A stretch of 63,457 nucleotides of DNA, the filler included, from Basidiobolus ranarum (lineage: Eukaryota), in assembly GCA_040143965.1 (NCBI GenBank). It is 2 parts of 2 records of this genome, joined end to end, with 100 filler letters (N's around TTAATTAATTAA, not from the genome) between each part and the next. Parts side by side here need not be neighbours in the genome. Positions count along the whole stretch, not along the records: positions 1 to 31,793 come from JASJQH010006963.1; 1 more part is not named here. One strand, 5' to 3'. The translations under genes and the position numbers were made by a program. Shown piece after piece: positions 12,410-26,442 of this stretch (positions are counted from its first letter, which is position 1; the number at the start of each line of letters is the position of its first letter). The notes below the pieces were generated by a model, which saw nothing but the letters and a program-made list of their open reading frames with translations, searched no databases and was not told where the DNA came from.

Positions 12410-14206
12410 TTATATAGGTGGGCGTACTAGTCGCAACGACTCCATTATGACATCTTCGGATCTTGTTATCCGTGAGGTTTTGAGCATATTCTGGTTGAGA
12501 AGCATACGATGTCCAAAAACCTTTTTGATCATCATAAAGATAATACCGGGCGTTACATGATTTTGTTCTAAAATAGCTGCAATGGCCCTACTCCACAAAA
12601 TCAGAAATCAATTTTTTAAATGAAGAAAAGGTTTATCTGTACTTAGCGGCGGTTATCAAATCAGCCGAGGCTTTCGTATTTAGACCTGATCGGAAAGCGT
12701 TATTCATTCTAATATTTAGAATGATGTCTTTGACGTATCGGTTTATCTCTGAGCTTATCTTTATATGCTTCATTTTGTGAGAAATTTCTCGAATTTCCTA
12801 TATAGAATCTTAGTTAGGCAGGAGTTCCGCAACATTAGAGTTATGAAGATTTCACATGATAGTTTAACATGATGATCCGCTTTGGGTAGACTCTTGGCTT
12901 TTGCTTCACCTCACCCTCGAAGGAGAAATTCAAGAAAAACTAATAAAAATATGTCAATGTCATCAGTGCAATGTTTTCTAGCAACGCTAATGAACTCACT
13001 ATATTTCTAGGCAGTGAAACGTTTACTTCTACTGGTAAGAGCATGATTGCTACGCAGGGATCTGGAAGATGATGGACGATGTTTGACTCTACAAACCAGC
13101 CCTGATTCAGCAGCTATCAGAATGCCAAACATTATGAATTATTCTCCAAATATATGTTCAAAAATAACTCTTGCCTCAGCTATACCGGCGTTCAGTACAG
13201 TGTTCGAATCCTGCGTACCCTCTATAAGAATCATGTTTGCAACACGTTTTAATGGTTGCGAATAGCAGTTTGTGTAGATACTAGAGGAGGCTCTCCTAGG
13301 ATTTGGTAATGGATCCATTCCTTTGAAGTCTGAAGATAGGGGCCTGTATCTTCTATTGGATGAGGTTGGCGACATATTGGTTATAGTGGAAGGTTCTCCT
13401 ATAAATCCAATGGTAGTCACTTCACTGGAGTTCCTTGTATTGTGAGTCAGTGGATATTCCTTAATTGGTTAGAATAGAATGTCAATTAAGTTCAATCAGT
13501 ACTTTACAACATGGCTTTTCAATTACTGGTTTAAATGGTTCTTTGAAAGAAACCGAAATCTGATCTTTTATCAACGTCAAATCTCCAGTGTCTTTATCGA
13601 GAGGTAAGTCAGTTTGGGGAGGAGCCAATTTTGCTTTATTTCTATATACCAGACTCTTCGTTTCCTCAAGAATTTTTTCCCCTACTGAGACACTTCTTCC
13701 TCTTCTGTCGGCTATGTCGTTTACTAAAAGACTATTCTTTCTAGTTCCATTATCTGGCCCAGTTTGTGAAGTGCCTCTTGGCATTCCACCTGAAAGTGTT
13801 TTATGTGTCGAAGCTATTGAGCGTACTAACGAGGTGGTACGAGGTCTTGTAACACTTTCTCGACTTTTGTTTAAAAGGTTAGAGGTAAAGTCGGCAAGAG
13901 TGGTAGTTGAGGTGCAGTGTATTGTCGCTTGTGATAAGCCAAGCGCCTCTTGTGCAATCTAAAGATGAATTTATATTATGTAAAGATAGAGATGTCAGGA
14001 ACTGATACGAAACTGACCTCTTCGATCATGCATTTGAGTGCTGGTATTACATCCTGAGAGGCACGAATAATGAGGTGTTTATTCCCTGATACTAAGCAGA
14101 GTATAATAGAAAAGAGGATTTCCTCTGAGTAGTAAAAGCCAGAGTTTCTAATAATGGCTTGAATCCGCTGTCGTAGCCAGCCCTTTGGTTGCTTCGAAGA
14201 AGTCAT
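12410..14206 (-). CDS. MoxR/Mg-chelatase ChlI-like AAA+ fold protein (fungal Mtc2-like) with degenerate Walker motifs; multi-exon
   Basis: N-terminal ILFSIILCLVSGNKHLIIR, central NMILIEG...LLNQGWFVESNIVHHLPDPCVAI, and a C-terminal lid (HIKISSEINRYVKDII...ASADLITAAK, AIAAILEQNHVTP...KVFGHR, LRLVRPPI) follow the MoxR/ChlI layout. Confidence 0.7.
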
Positions 14207-16332
14207 AAAGCCCAGGTCTTCTAAGTCTGAAGTAATATATGAGTATGAAAAGATCAGACGGTCATACCATAGTGGCTATATGCACAGATATAAGGGGCTA
14301 ATTCAATAGCGAAGCCACTTGCATGACTGTTGAATTTAGCTTCAAATTACAAGAAATTCGATCAATACCAAATACGCCTTTGTGTGCAATGAAGCGATAT
14401 TTAGCATTGCAATATGATTCCGAATATCAATCAAATCATGTGAACCGCGGTAGGTGGATAGTATTTTACGTACAGTTCATACCAATAGCCAGATCACAAT
14501 GAGCTCGATTGTTAATATCTGTTCAGACACAGTTTGACTCTTCCGCATATAATTTGGATATTTTATACCTTTGATCTATTTCTGTACTTATTGTACTTCT
14601 ACAACTGTACTATTCCTCTACCCCGGTGCATGCACGCATTTCAGTTTTAAGGTTAAACATCGACTGTGCCGGTGAGAGATATGGCATGTAAGTCAGGGTA
14701 TCAAAAAGATTCGATATCTCTCTCTTAATAAACTCATTATCTTACCTTTATTCTTGCACGCTCGTATAGCGCATAAAGAATACATACAATGCAAATTTCT
14801 TAGGAGGGTCGGATTTAATTCCGATATTAGGTTAATGTCCAGGTTGTTCTCTTGAAGTATCGAAAGAAGCACAGCATTGAACGAGTCCTCTCATTTTCTA
14901 AGAGCAAAGATGCCATATCCCAGCAAGATGGGTAAGTTCTGCTAGTATTGATGTAATATGTTACCATTACCAGGCGTATGGACTTTTTTATTCTGCTAAT
15001 ATGGCTTTTCATGTATCAGGGAGCAAGCAGTCCTGATCTTGATTAAAGAGACACAATCTGGCTTTTTTGATTTATCTGATTGTAAAGAGCGATGCAGTCG
15101 CTACTTTGATGCAACCAAAATGGCATACTGCTCTGCATCTACCTACTGCCTGGAAATGACAGAGGAACAGCAAGTATTTCTATTGAGGATTTTAGGGGTT
15201 GAGAAACATAGATTACTCAAAACTTGCAATTCTAACGTACCACAGTGTAAGGGATCGCTTATTGAAAATTGAAGCCTCCAGTTAGCAATTGACCCACGAA
15301 ACACTACGCCATAGGTATTTCCTGAACTGGGGCTCTTCTTTCCAAATCCTCCTCTCACTATGGTTCAAGCCCATTTGAGCTCAGCAGAATCAGATGGTTG
15401 TTGACAATTTCACGTATAAAAATAATCAGATCTCTTAGATCTGTTTGCTTATGTGACCACTATTTGAACGATTGGAAAGGGAGTCATCAGAGCAGCTCAA
15501 TTTATCTATTTACTAGCAATAATCGATATTTGATTACCGGATCATTCATCTTACTTGGGCTTTCCATCAAAGAGATAGCATGCGCCATTTAGCCAAGATA
15601 CCTTGGTTTTGTCTTACTTCAGGGTTAGAATGGCATTGTCATTCAATAGCTCTTATTCGTAACGTAGATCCTTAATGAATAGACATTCCAATGCAATTGT
15701 GTGTTGACATGAGTAATAGAATGGAACATAAACAAATACCATCGCAATGTTTTACTCTAATTTATATAGTACAAGTAAATATCAAAAGTACTTCGCTTAA
15801 AAATGGCTTACTAAAACCTGAACAAAACTAATATGCACACTGTATAACGATTACAGACATATTAATCCTGGTGAACACCTGAACTTACTTGTAACAAGCA
15901 TCACCAAAGATATCTGCTCTTTCCTCTTTTTCACCTACACTTAAACTTTCTTTTGATAGTCATTTTTTACTCGTTATTTGTTCCTCCTATTAGTTGTGCT
16001 TATTTTATTGCTCATCTGTTATCTGTAGCCGCTATCATTATTCCCTACTTACTCCGAAGATTCACGCGTTCCTAACCCTTCTGTGAATAGCGAAACCTTG
16101 AGTCTTGTCCCTCTAGTGGCTTCTTTTTTCGGTATTTCCCTCATTTAAACATCTACATTCTCTATTTCCTTTTTATTTTCAATATTTGGTCAGTCCAATA
16201 TTGTTTGTCTTTATACCCATTTTTTACTCATTGTAAGTGAGAAAAACCTGTGTTCTTATTCTTTTTACATGCTCAGCAAAGTCAAGTCTTCTCCAACATT
16301 ACAAGTATCAACTCCTGATCCTTCAACTCCTC

Positions 16333-19300
16333 ATGACTGCTCTTGTGCGAGCCTTATATGACTTCGATTCTACTGATGATTCGAGTTTGAGTTTCAGAAA
16401 AGGAGACATTATAGAAGTAATAACGCAACTGGATTCAGGTTGGTGGGATGGTCTCTGTAATGGGTTGAGGGGTTGGTTTCCTTCGGAATTCGTAATTCCT
16501 GTTGACTCAGGAAACCTCGTGGAAGAGGTGCAGGTATTATATGTATAAAATATGTTTGATTAACTCAAGCTCATTAACTATGCACTTCTCTATAGGCACA
16601 CCAAGCAGACTATTTCGATCAAAAAGATGAACCTGCTTCAAATCGCAAGATGAGTCAGCCATATCCCAGCGAGGAGGGTTATGGAAACGAAATAGCCTTG
16701 CCTGAAAACTGGGTTACTCATTCAGCGGAAGACGGCACTTTTTGGTATTACAACAGTAAAACTAAGGAGGCTCAGTGGTCATATCCTGAAACACCCAGTC
16801 AAAATGACACTTCTAAAAATCAAGGTGAGAACATCCCTAAGCTCGTGGCTACTTCCAAAGCTGTGAATGACAAAATGAACGGGATATTTGATACTCTATC
16901 TTTTCGTAGAAAATCCAGGCAAATTGATGATGAAAAGGTAGGTATCCCCATCAATACACATCCTAGTTCCTTGTTCATGTTAATGAGAATTCGTTTAGTT
17001 ACCACCCAATTGGGGGAAGAAAACCTCTCCGAATGGTCGAAACTATTACTTCAACATGGTTACTGATGTAACCACATGGAATCTTAATGAAATAGATTGG
17101 GAAACTGGCTTGCTTGTAGGCTTTATATTCAGCATGTTTATTCTGACTCTGGACGCACTTCACTAACCAACCTTTAGTTTTCACAAAACAAGACAAACAA
17201 CAAGCGAAATTCCGCAATTTCAACATCATCCAACTCATCTTTTGGGAATGACGGCTCCTTTGGTGGAATGCCACCCTCTTCATACTCGAAAAATCGCCGA
17301 CCATCAGGATTTGTAGGGCCAATGGATGTAGAAGGATCCCTGCCAAACTTCAATTGGGCTAAACTAACTGCAAATATTGTTCTTGCTATTCATCGTTTGA
17401 ATCATTCGTCTAAGAGAAATATTAAAGGGAACTTCATTGAGCAAGCTTCTGATATCGTCGAAGCAGTAAGAATAATGTTTGTTTCTTCTCGGACAGAGAG
17501 TATGGATTCCCCTGTATTGAATGCACACCCAATGCTGAAAGCACATCATCATCATGTTTTCAATTCTTTATGTCGCCTTGTCCTCTTTGCTCAATATGCC
17601 TCAATTGTCTGGTGCTCACCAGATGCAGTTAGTAAGATGCAGCAAGATGCCAATGAGGTGCTACTTGCCACTAGGCATTTCATCACCGTAGCGCAAGACA
17701 ACGGAGTCAGTATCAGAAACATTGACGGACTTGAAATAAGAACAATGGAGCATGAGGATTTAAACCGACATAATGAGACCAACAAAAGTGGATTTCTTGA
17801 TGTTATTGACGGAGAGTCCAGCTCAGACTTCTTCTTAGACAAACATGAATTTCATACTGACATACTGACAGAACTTCTAACCTGTTCAGGCTCCGTCGCT
17901 AGGTCGACTAACCAATTGATAAAATATTTGATTATGGGAGACTTCAAATCCGCCTCTTTGATTGCCTTTACAAAGCAAGCTATTGCCGAGATTGGTCAGC
18001 TTCTAGCTCTTGCTGATGATATGGATTTAGAAAATGTCAACCAAGATATCGTTACCGACTTCAAGACTTGCAAACAATTTGTCTTTAACAGCATTGCCGT
18101 GCTTGTTCCCATTACTCAAAGGGCTACTGAGAACCTGGCTCCGGAGAATATATCAGAGCAACTGCTTGAATGTGCTCGACAGGTCGAAGTATCTGTCAAA
18201 GAACTGATTGTTGCTAGCAAATTCGTGATACACGAGAAGGAGATGAGTGAGCATATATCTCTATCAGATAAATATCGCAATCACACTCATCCGAACACAC
18301 CAGAGATTACTTTTCGGCCCAGACGTGCGATGTCTCTATCATTCTTGGGTCGTCACGTTGACAGAGCCTATGGATTGGGTGCTGACGAGGAAGACGGTGG
18401 TATTCCTATCCGAAGACGATTGGACTCTCATGTAAATATTACTGAATCTATAGAAAGTCATCACGAAGAAGAATTGGAGCTTCCTGCCAATACAAAGCAA
18501 AAGGAAAAGTTAAAGAAATTCTTCGGAGATGACGCTCCAAATATCGTAGTGAAGAAGAGTATTACTGAAGAAAGAACCTGTTACCTTGAATATGATTACG
18601 CGCCTAACGATATTGTATTTAACATGGAAGGTCAAGTCAAGGGAGGCACTTTAATGGCGTTGGTTGAGCGACTTACACTACATGACTTGCTTGGTAAAAT
18701 TATGTTTAGTCTTTTTGATTTCTGAATATTTACTTACACAAACATGACAAAAATAGATTCTACCTTCATCGCTACGTTCTTATTAACCTATCGTTCGTTT
18801 ACGACCACCGAGGACTTATTTGGCCTATTGTTTGAACGATTTGATATTCAGCCTCCTCCCGGATTAACCCCGGAGGAACATGAAATATGGACCGAGAAAA
18901 AGCTGGTTCCTATTCGTCTCAGGTATTTTTTTACTCAGGAGTAGTAGAATTTACTTTATGGCTAACCCTGTTGTTCATGCGCGTAAACAGAGTATTCAAT
19001 ATTATGAAGAGCTGGCTCGAAAGCTATTATCTTGAGAGCGAAGATGATTTTGCTCTAGAGATGCTCCGAGACTTTGCTCAAACCAAGATGCAAGACATCA
19101 TGCTGTTTGCGTCAAATCAATTGATCAAGCTTATTGATAAAAGGGTAATGATTACTTAATCTTCATAAGAGTATTTATTTCGATGCTTATACCAAAATAT
19201 CCACTTAGATGTCCGCCGAGGGAAACTTCCGTAAAATGGTATTGAACATGAGCCGCGAAGCTCCTCCTCCTATCCTGCCAAGAAACATGAAGAAGCTAAA

Positions 19301-20349
19301 ACTTCTCGAAATCGACCCGATCGAGATCGCTCGTCAGTTCACCATTATGGACTCGACAATGTACAATCGGATCCGGCCCGTTGAATGCTTAAACAAAGCC
19401 TGGAGTCAAAAAGACGCCTCGATTGCCATCCATATCAAGGCAATGATTGAAGTTTCAAATCAAGTAAGACTGTCAGTGTGATATGTACATCGCAGCTCTA
19501 TTGGGAAAGGCTAACGCTATTGTTCAGGTTACGAACTGGGTTGCCGAGACGATTCTTCTAGAGAAAGAAGTACGAAAGCGTGTGGCGGTTATCAAACATT
19601 TTATCTCTATTGGAGAGGTGATGATTGGTATTTCATTGTCTCACCTAAAGCTAAGTTGCTTAATTTTGCCTAAAAATTATTCTATAGAGATGCCGTAACC
19701 AGAACAACTTCAACACGCTTACTGCCATCCTAGCTGGTCTCAATTCCGCACCGATTCATCGACTGAAACGAACCTGGGAGGTAAGAAAATCAATAGTCTT
19801 CCCATATGTATGCACAGTAACGTTAAACTATATTTATGGATCTAGCTGGTTAATGCTAAGTTGATTGGAACCCTTGATGGGTTGAAAAGGCTAATGAACT
19901 CCACCAAGAACTTTGGCAAATACCGTGAGGAATTGCACTCTGTGAATCCACCATGTGTTCCCTTCCTTGGTATGTTTTAATAGTCTGAAGTACATTATCA
20001 GGCAGCGTTAGTAATTGAAGAACCCTCTATTCTCTTAGGTTTATATCTAACCGATTTGACATTTGTCGAAGACGGTAATCCTGATCATGTTCCGAACTAT
20101 CCACACCTGATAAATATTGCAAAGAGAGCCAAATGCGCGGAAGTGATCCGAGAAATTCAGCAGTATCAGAATTCTCCATACAACCTTACCGTTGTTCCTG
20201 AATTGCAGACTTTCATACAGCAAGCACTTCGAGAGTCTAATGGTGAGCGTGACTTGTACGATATGAGCCTTCATATGGAGCCTAAAGAACGTGAAGAGCG
20301 AGAAGATGAGAAAATCGCAAGATTACTTCACGAAAGTGGCTTCTTATAA
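16333..20349 (+). CDS. CDC25: Ras guanine-nucleotide exchange factor, Cdc25 family (SH3-WW-WW-REM-RasGEF); multi-exon
   Basis: SH3 (ALYDF...LSFRKGDIIEV...GWWDG...GWFPS), two WW domains (LPENW...QWSYP; LPPNW...TTW), REM (VKGGTLMALVERLT, FLLTYRSF), and catalytic domain ([34 protein letters not shown]). Confidence 0.95.
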
Positions 20350-22325
20350 TTGGGCTTGATGTTATCACATTGTTACTGGGTATATATATATATATCATAC
20401 GTTCTGAAGAGCCCGTAACTTTGGCCCATTTCCTTTGGCACTTGATCTGATTCTTTAATCCATGATTGATTTAACTGATCATATACCACGTACATTTTAG
20501 CCAATTTACCCTGATGAAAACTCGCCCTCTCCCAAACCTTTATGTTTCCTCACCAACCCGTACATTTCTGTGATTCTCCTTCCACTCCCGTTTATAACAC
20601 GACTATTCCCACCTCCTTGAATATACAAACGTAAATTCATTAAATTTATCGATTCCGCACTTGGTCTTGACACATTGTTTACTTACTTGAGCTAACTCTT
20701 TGTAATGGTCATTTGATGGTCTTAAGTCTCAATATGAATAATAAAAAGAATAGATACAGTTTAAGTATAAAGAACTGACATTGCTGCTAGCTTGGAAACC
20801 CCTTGAACATTTAACGAAACATTATTGTATCTTGCTTTCACGTAAGCTTAGAATCGAAAATGGAGAAATTTAGTCTACAATCACTAGAAAGAACACTTTT
20901 AGGAGTCTAGTAATAATTCAAGCAAAAAGTGTTTGCCTTTACAGGTCCAAATATACCAAAGAAGGTTTATAGATTGCTCCAGTCATGCACACCTGTACAT
21001 TTGCTAAACTATGAGTAATTTACATATCGGTAAGCTAAGACTCTCTTCTTCTTGTAGTATAGTGAGAGGAAACACTTGTCTAGAACCATGTTTAGTTGGT
21101 ATAAAACTGTATCAAAGTATTTCTAGACTTATTTCTTGGTGTGGTTCAAGATAATCTATTGCGAATGAAAAATCCATGAAACATCCTTGTACATACACGA
21201 TCCATATTGCATGATCATTTACCACAGGCTATCTCAGACTACGTGAACCCATTTGATGTTGACTTAAAGCAAAACAAGTGTACGTATATGTATATATATG
21301 TATGTATGTACAATATTTAGTTTGAAATAAACAAATTAACAAATAATGAGTTCCATCCAATAGGCCTAGACTGTCTTAATGTTAATACCGAGACTTCAGT
21401 ACTAGACTCTATCAGCCTCTCAAAAGCTTTTGACACATGAGATAGCTACTATGGGAAACATAAATAATCTCAATCAAAGGATTGATAGACAAATGCCAAA
21501 GCCTTCAATAATGAAGATTTGATTCCATTTTACTACAGTTGTAGATATATATGATATAACTTTGCTCACAAGAAATGTCTTTTTGATCTAGCTATACACA
21601 TGTGAAAATACTCTGTGACAGTTGATGAGGAGCAGAGGCTTTTTGCCACTTCCAATACGACCGCCTGTTTGAATGGGATGCGTATAGTTAAGGTGGGAAG
21701 ATTATAAACAACCTGAAGCTTATATCAAAATCTATATAATTCTGGGAATTTCTATTCTAAACAGAGTTACTTTTGGTTTCATGGAAACGTATAAGCATAG
21801 AGGTGTTGGATGATACCATATACAAGCCTCACTCATATCCGCAGATTCGATAATACTTTAAGCTAAAAAAAACACTTTTGAAGTAACCAGTGCTTACTTC
21901 AACATGAATGTCAGCATAATACTCCTCAAATATCTAACGGATTTTAAATTGATTAGCATTGGGAATCACCAATTACCGCAGCCATCAAACCGAACTTTGC
22001 ATTAAACCATGATGACTTGCCTGTACACATCAGACGTTCGCTCTCGTTCCTGAGACATAGTTTAGTAGCGAAACATGCTTCTTCAATCATAATCATGATA
22101 TTCATTCATGAGACTGCCGGATGCTTCTAAATGTATGAATAATAGGACTTTATCGAGAAATTACAAAAGAACACAAATTTATTAAGAATATTATAATGAA
22201 CAATTACGGCAAAGGAACTAGTGAGAAATGTTTAACAAGAAGATCTACCAAGAAAACTTAACTAGACACCGAAGTAAATGAAAAATTAACTCGATAGTCA
22301 TTAGGGTAAAAGTGCGACCATGTGA

Positions 22326-22826
22326 TTATTCAAGTTTAAGATTAAGACGGATGCAGGTCAACGTTTCTCCTTTCTGGTTGCTTATAATAACATCTCCTTT
22401 TATAGGAAGTTTGGGAACCTCTTCGGGTATATGTGCAAAGGCTTCTAAAGTCACTTCTCCGGGCTCCATGGGGCAGCTAGCGCCAGAGAAAAACTCACTT
22501 TCGAGAACGTCACAAAGTTCGAAACTCTTTTTTAGCTTGATCATCATGAGTCTTAGATCAGCTGTCACGGAGCCAGAAGTGACTTTCTCCTTCAAAATGC
22601 CCTGGATGCGAACTCTGACATCTCCGCCTACTTTAATTTTTTCAGGTTCTATACTAACCCCATTCTCTTTGGCCTGAAGCAAATGTGTTTCAGGATCCCC
22701 ACATAATGTCCAGATGGGTTGGTTAGGGTCAACTTTGAAGGGGGATTGATAAGAAGAGAAAACACTGGGAAGGCTAGTAAGTGAAAGTAGCGCTAGTGTG
22801 ACGGAAGTAATGGAGAGAAGACGCAT
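22326..22826 (-). CDS. ML-domain (NPC2 / PG-PI transfer) secreted lipid-binding protein; intronless
   Basis: Signal peptide, WTLCGD, IEPEKIKVG...VRIQGILKEKVTSG, FELCD...CPMEPG, IPEEVP, LTCI: the ML-domain Cys pattern. Confidence 0.9.
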   Translation of the reverse strand: MRLLSITSVTLALLSLTSLPSVFSSYQSPFKVDPNQPIWTLCGDPETHLLQAKENGVSIEPEKIKVGGDVRVRIQGILKEKVTSGSVTADLRLMMIKLKKSFELCDVLESEFFSGASCPMEPGEVTLEAFAHIPEEVPKLPIKGDVIISNQKGETLTCIRLNLKLE

Positions 22827-24318
22827 AATGAATTAGGGGATATGAGATGATAAATCAAGATGATTTCCACAAGTCACAGCTTTTAAAGGGCTACCCAGAA
22901 AATTTCTAATAAGTATGGAACATCGCAGCCTTCGAAAAAGGAAATAATGACAAATTCAGTGATTTGATAAGAGCTTCCTAACTTTCTCTGAAACCAATAG
23001 ACAACAGAATGATTGGTGATTCCCAAGAATACTTAGTTCCCTACTCCATAAGAACTCTTCCAATACAAAATAAGAAATCCGTAAAACCTAGAATGACGAA
23101 ACCAATCCAATAATTGACCACGGGATCATCCGGAACATTTCGATTCAGGGCGAATTCCGCCGAGGCATGCGTCTTTAGTGTACACCGACTGTATTGTAGG
23201 AATAAACGAAACAGGTTGCCACTACGTACCTACAAATCCTCAAATCATAGCGATAAGAGTTCTGATGAATTGTTCAAGTTGCACTGGCCCAGTTCACGTT
23301 TATGCCAGCTTTGTTGTACGGTACATATTAAATGTATATATAATTCCCAGTGACTGTTCTCACGATTGGTTACCACGTCTAAGCCTAACGATGTTTTTCT
23401 CAATAAAGTCTTATTCTGCATTAAGCCCCGCCCGCAACAACCGCCACCATCCCCGAAGTTCAGCATTTACAGTTCAACGTTAGGGAATATAGTGGGTTTA
23501 TAATTTCGTCGAAGTTTTGAACTACAGGCTCGTAAGTAACTAGCCGCTATGTTAACTCGAATTCGAAAGATGTAGGGATGTGGGCCAATTCCTTGACTAG
23601 GCTCTTGAAAGCGCATGAAACGTCACGTCTGGATGATAATGCAGTCAAGTATCGGTTGGAAGCAACTTAGCGGCCCAACTTGAGTGACTGCCAACAATAC
23701 AGTAGCGTTAAAGATCTACTATGGGGTATGAGGAGTAAACAGGGGATAACACTTGCGTTAATTATCCAGATTACTATGAAACCACCATACATAAGAAATA
23801 TTATGACTAACGATACTTACCGATAAGAGCAATCCGAAGCCTACATTACCTGTGGTATTTACCGTAGCAATCTAATTGCCATCAATCTTGGCATCTATAT
23901 TCATCCAAATAAGGAATCGGGGTCAAATATGTCAGAGCCAACTCCATATGCTACTAAATGCATACTAAGTTGAAACCTTCCTATTTTTAAGCATATGATC
24001 ATTACTTACACTATTTTATGTAATCTGTTCAAGCCAAGTAACAATTCGGCTGATGATCATGATCTGTATTAATAGTTTCAGGTTTTAATTTGACTCGATT
24101 TCGTAGAAATATTTTGCCAGTCAGGAGCAAAACATCTGCTTATTCACGTACCAATCGTATCTGGTTATATGCTTTCCAACTTTGGAAATGGAGCAATATT
24201 TCGATATAAAAGCCCTGTCGGACTATACATGCCCCGTCAAATTCCAACCAGTGAATCTTCACTGATCTTTCCCCTTTGACCATTCTTTCTTTACGTCCCA
24301 TCCTTCAGTAGCCAAACC

Positions 24319-25649
24319 ATGCGGAAGGATACTACCGAGTCTACATTAAATCTACTACACAATGGAAGTAATATGGTGGATGAATCTATTGTCATCGAGT
24401 CTTCTCGAACTTATGAAGTAGAGCCAAAAGCAGAAACCCCTCCCAAAGCTATGCGCATCGCCGGTATCATTTTGTTGCTTATGTGTATTTTGGCATTTAC
24501 GGTTCAATCGGTAAGAGATATATCCATTTGGTACTTCATTATTACCTCATCTAACCGAGACTCTAGGAGGTGGCCCATCATCTTCAAACCGACCTGGGCT
24601 ATACACAGCCATATTTTATCTTGTAAGAGTCTATTTCTCGCATAATTATCATTTTACCTATTTTCCGTTGTCATATTAACCAGTATTGTATATTCAGGTG
24701 GGTCGCTCATTCGTCATTTATGTTTTTGTTTCCTATTCAGTTTTTAATTGAAAAGCTGAAGGGTAAAAGTTATAAAAAAACCTGCTTAGAAATTGTCGCT
24801 GATTCCAAAAAATTACTACAAGAATATCGCGGAGATCGTAAAGAGGAGCCTTCGATTAACTCTACCGTACTGCATCTAACCTACACCTCTATTGCTTTAG
24901 CCACATTACTGACCGCGGGATCTTACTTGTGGTATGTAGCCCTTGGGCTAACCACCATGGCTAGATTAACCGCCATTTATAATACCTCGTGCTTCTTTGC
25001 CTACGGCTTTTCCTTGTTTATACTGAACGAAAAGTTCATGTTTTCTAAGATCATCGCTTTGGCCGTCAGTATAGCCGGAGTAGTGGTTATGTCTTTTGGT
25101 GAGAGCCATGCCGAATCGAGCACCTTTGCCTCTTACAAAGCCACTATGGTCCTTGGTGATGTTGTCTCATGTGTATGCGCTCTGTTGATAGGCTTGTATG
25201 AAGTTGTCTACAAGAAATATACGGTGATACCAGAAAAACCCTCCATTCTATTTACTAATTTCTTCACGGGGCTAATCGGGGTTATGACGTTTTCCTTACA
25301 ATGGATACCAATTCTCGTCCTTCATCTGACCGGGGTTGAACCTTTCGTCGTACCAAGTAAAGAAATATTGACGTATTTGTGTTTGAACGCGTTTTTGGGA
25401 GTGGCTTACAATGGATGCTTCATGAGTGTCATCACCCTGACATCCCCCACTTTTGCCGCCTTGGGTATTATTCTAACTATTCCGGCTGTTGCGATGGCCG
25501 ATTTCCTAGTCAATGGTATCTCAGTTACCACTATAGAATTAGTGGGTGGAGCGTTTATCATTGCTGGCTTTGGAATATTCGGCTATGCAGACACCAAAGT
25601 AAGTGAATACAAGAAGGTGGATGTCGAGATGCAGGAAACGCAAAGGTAA
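24319..25649 (+). CDS. EamA/DMT-superfamily transporter, SLC35F-like; 3 exons
   Basis: About 10 hydrophobic helices; FTVQSEVAHHLQ..YTQPYFILWVAHS, YLWYVAL, TAIYNTSCFFAYGFSLFILNEKF, GLYEVVYKK, LTSPTFAALGIILTIP. Confidence 0.88.
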
Positions 25650-26442
25650 TACTTAAGCTGATGTCTCTCAAGTACATGATCATACGCATGTACATATATA
25701 TATACACGTACACTTCATCAACACCTTTCAACATCTGATTTCCCGTTGTAAATTACAATAATGCACTAGAGCTTGACAATTTTGACTTGACTTTTTTTTC
25801 ATTAATTTGTCCATAGAGGTTTTATCGCTATCACCAAATCTTGTGATTCAAGAGTATTTCTTGATAAAATCGAATGGATATTATGTAGAACATGAACCAA
25901 CGCAACAATAAATCGCTGAACCATCTGTATAGTCACTTCCTCTTCATTGCGAACCTGGAAAATCTGTCAGATTCATCTGGCTTCCAATTAATTCATTGTA
26001 GATCATCTGTACTGTATTGTGGTACCTTGTAGTAGGTTGATTTTGTAGCTCCATGCTCACCCTTAATTCTATAGAACAAGGACAAGGGCATGTGCTGCAT
26101 GAATTCACCAAATGCAGGTTTCTTGTACTACGGTGGCGATCTCCTTTGAGAAAGCTAATCAAAGATAACATGTTTGGATTAGGTACGCCGCCACCAATAG
26201 AGCACCTGGTTATCCATGATGTCACTTTAAGTTAGAGGAAAAAGAAATTGACTATTTGAGTGGGAGATGATGTAATGGTTGGATTAATTTGGATTTAAAA
26301 GCACAAAATGTGTTTAATCTGAAAGTATACATAAGTATTCACATCTATCTCGGGTTAATTTCATCCGATATCTCTATAGTGCTTAAAGCATGGCATGGCA
26401 TGGCATGACATCCATACTATTGATTAACCCTATCGTTTGACT

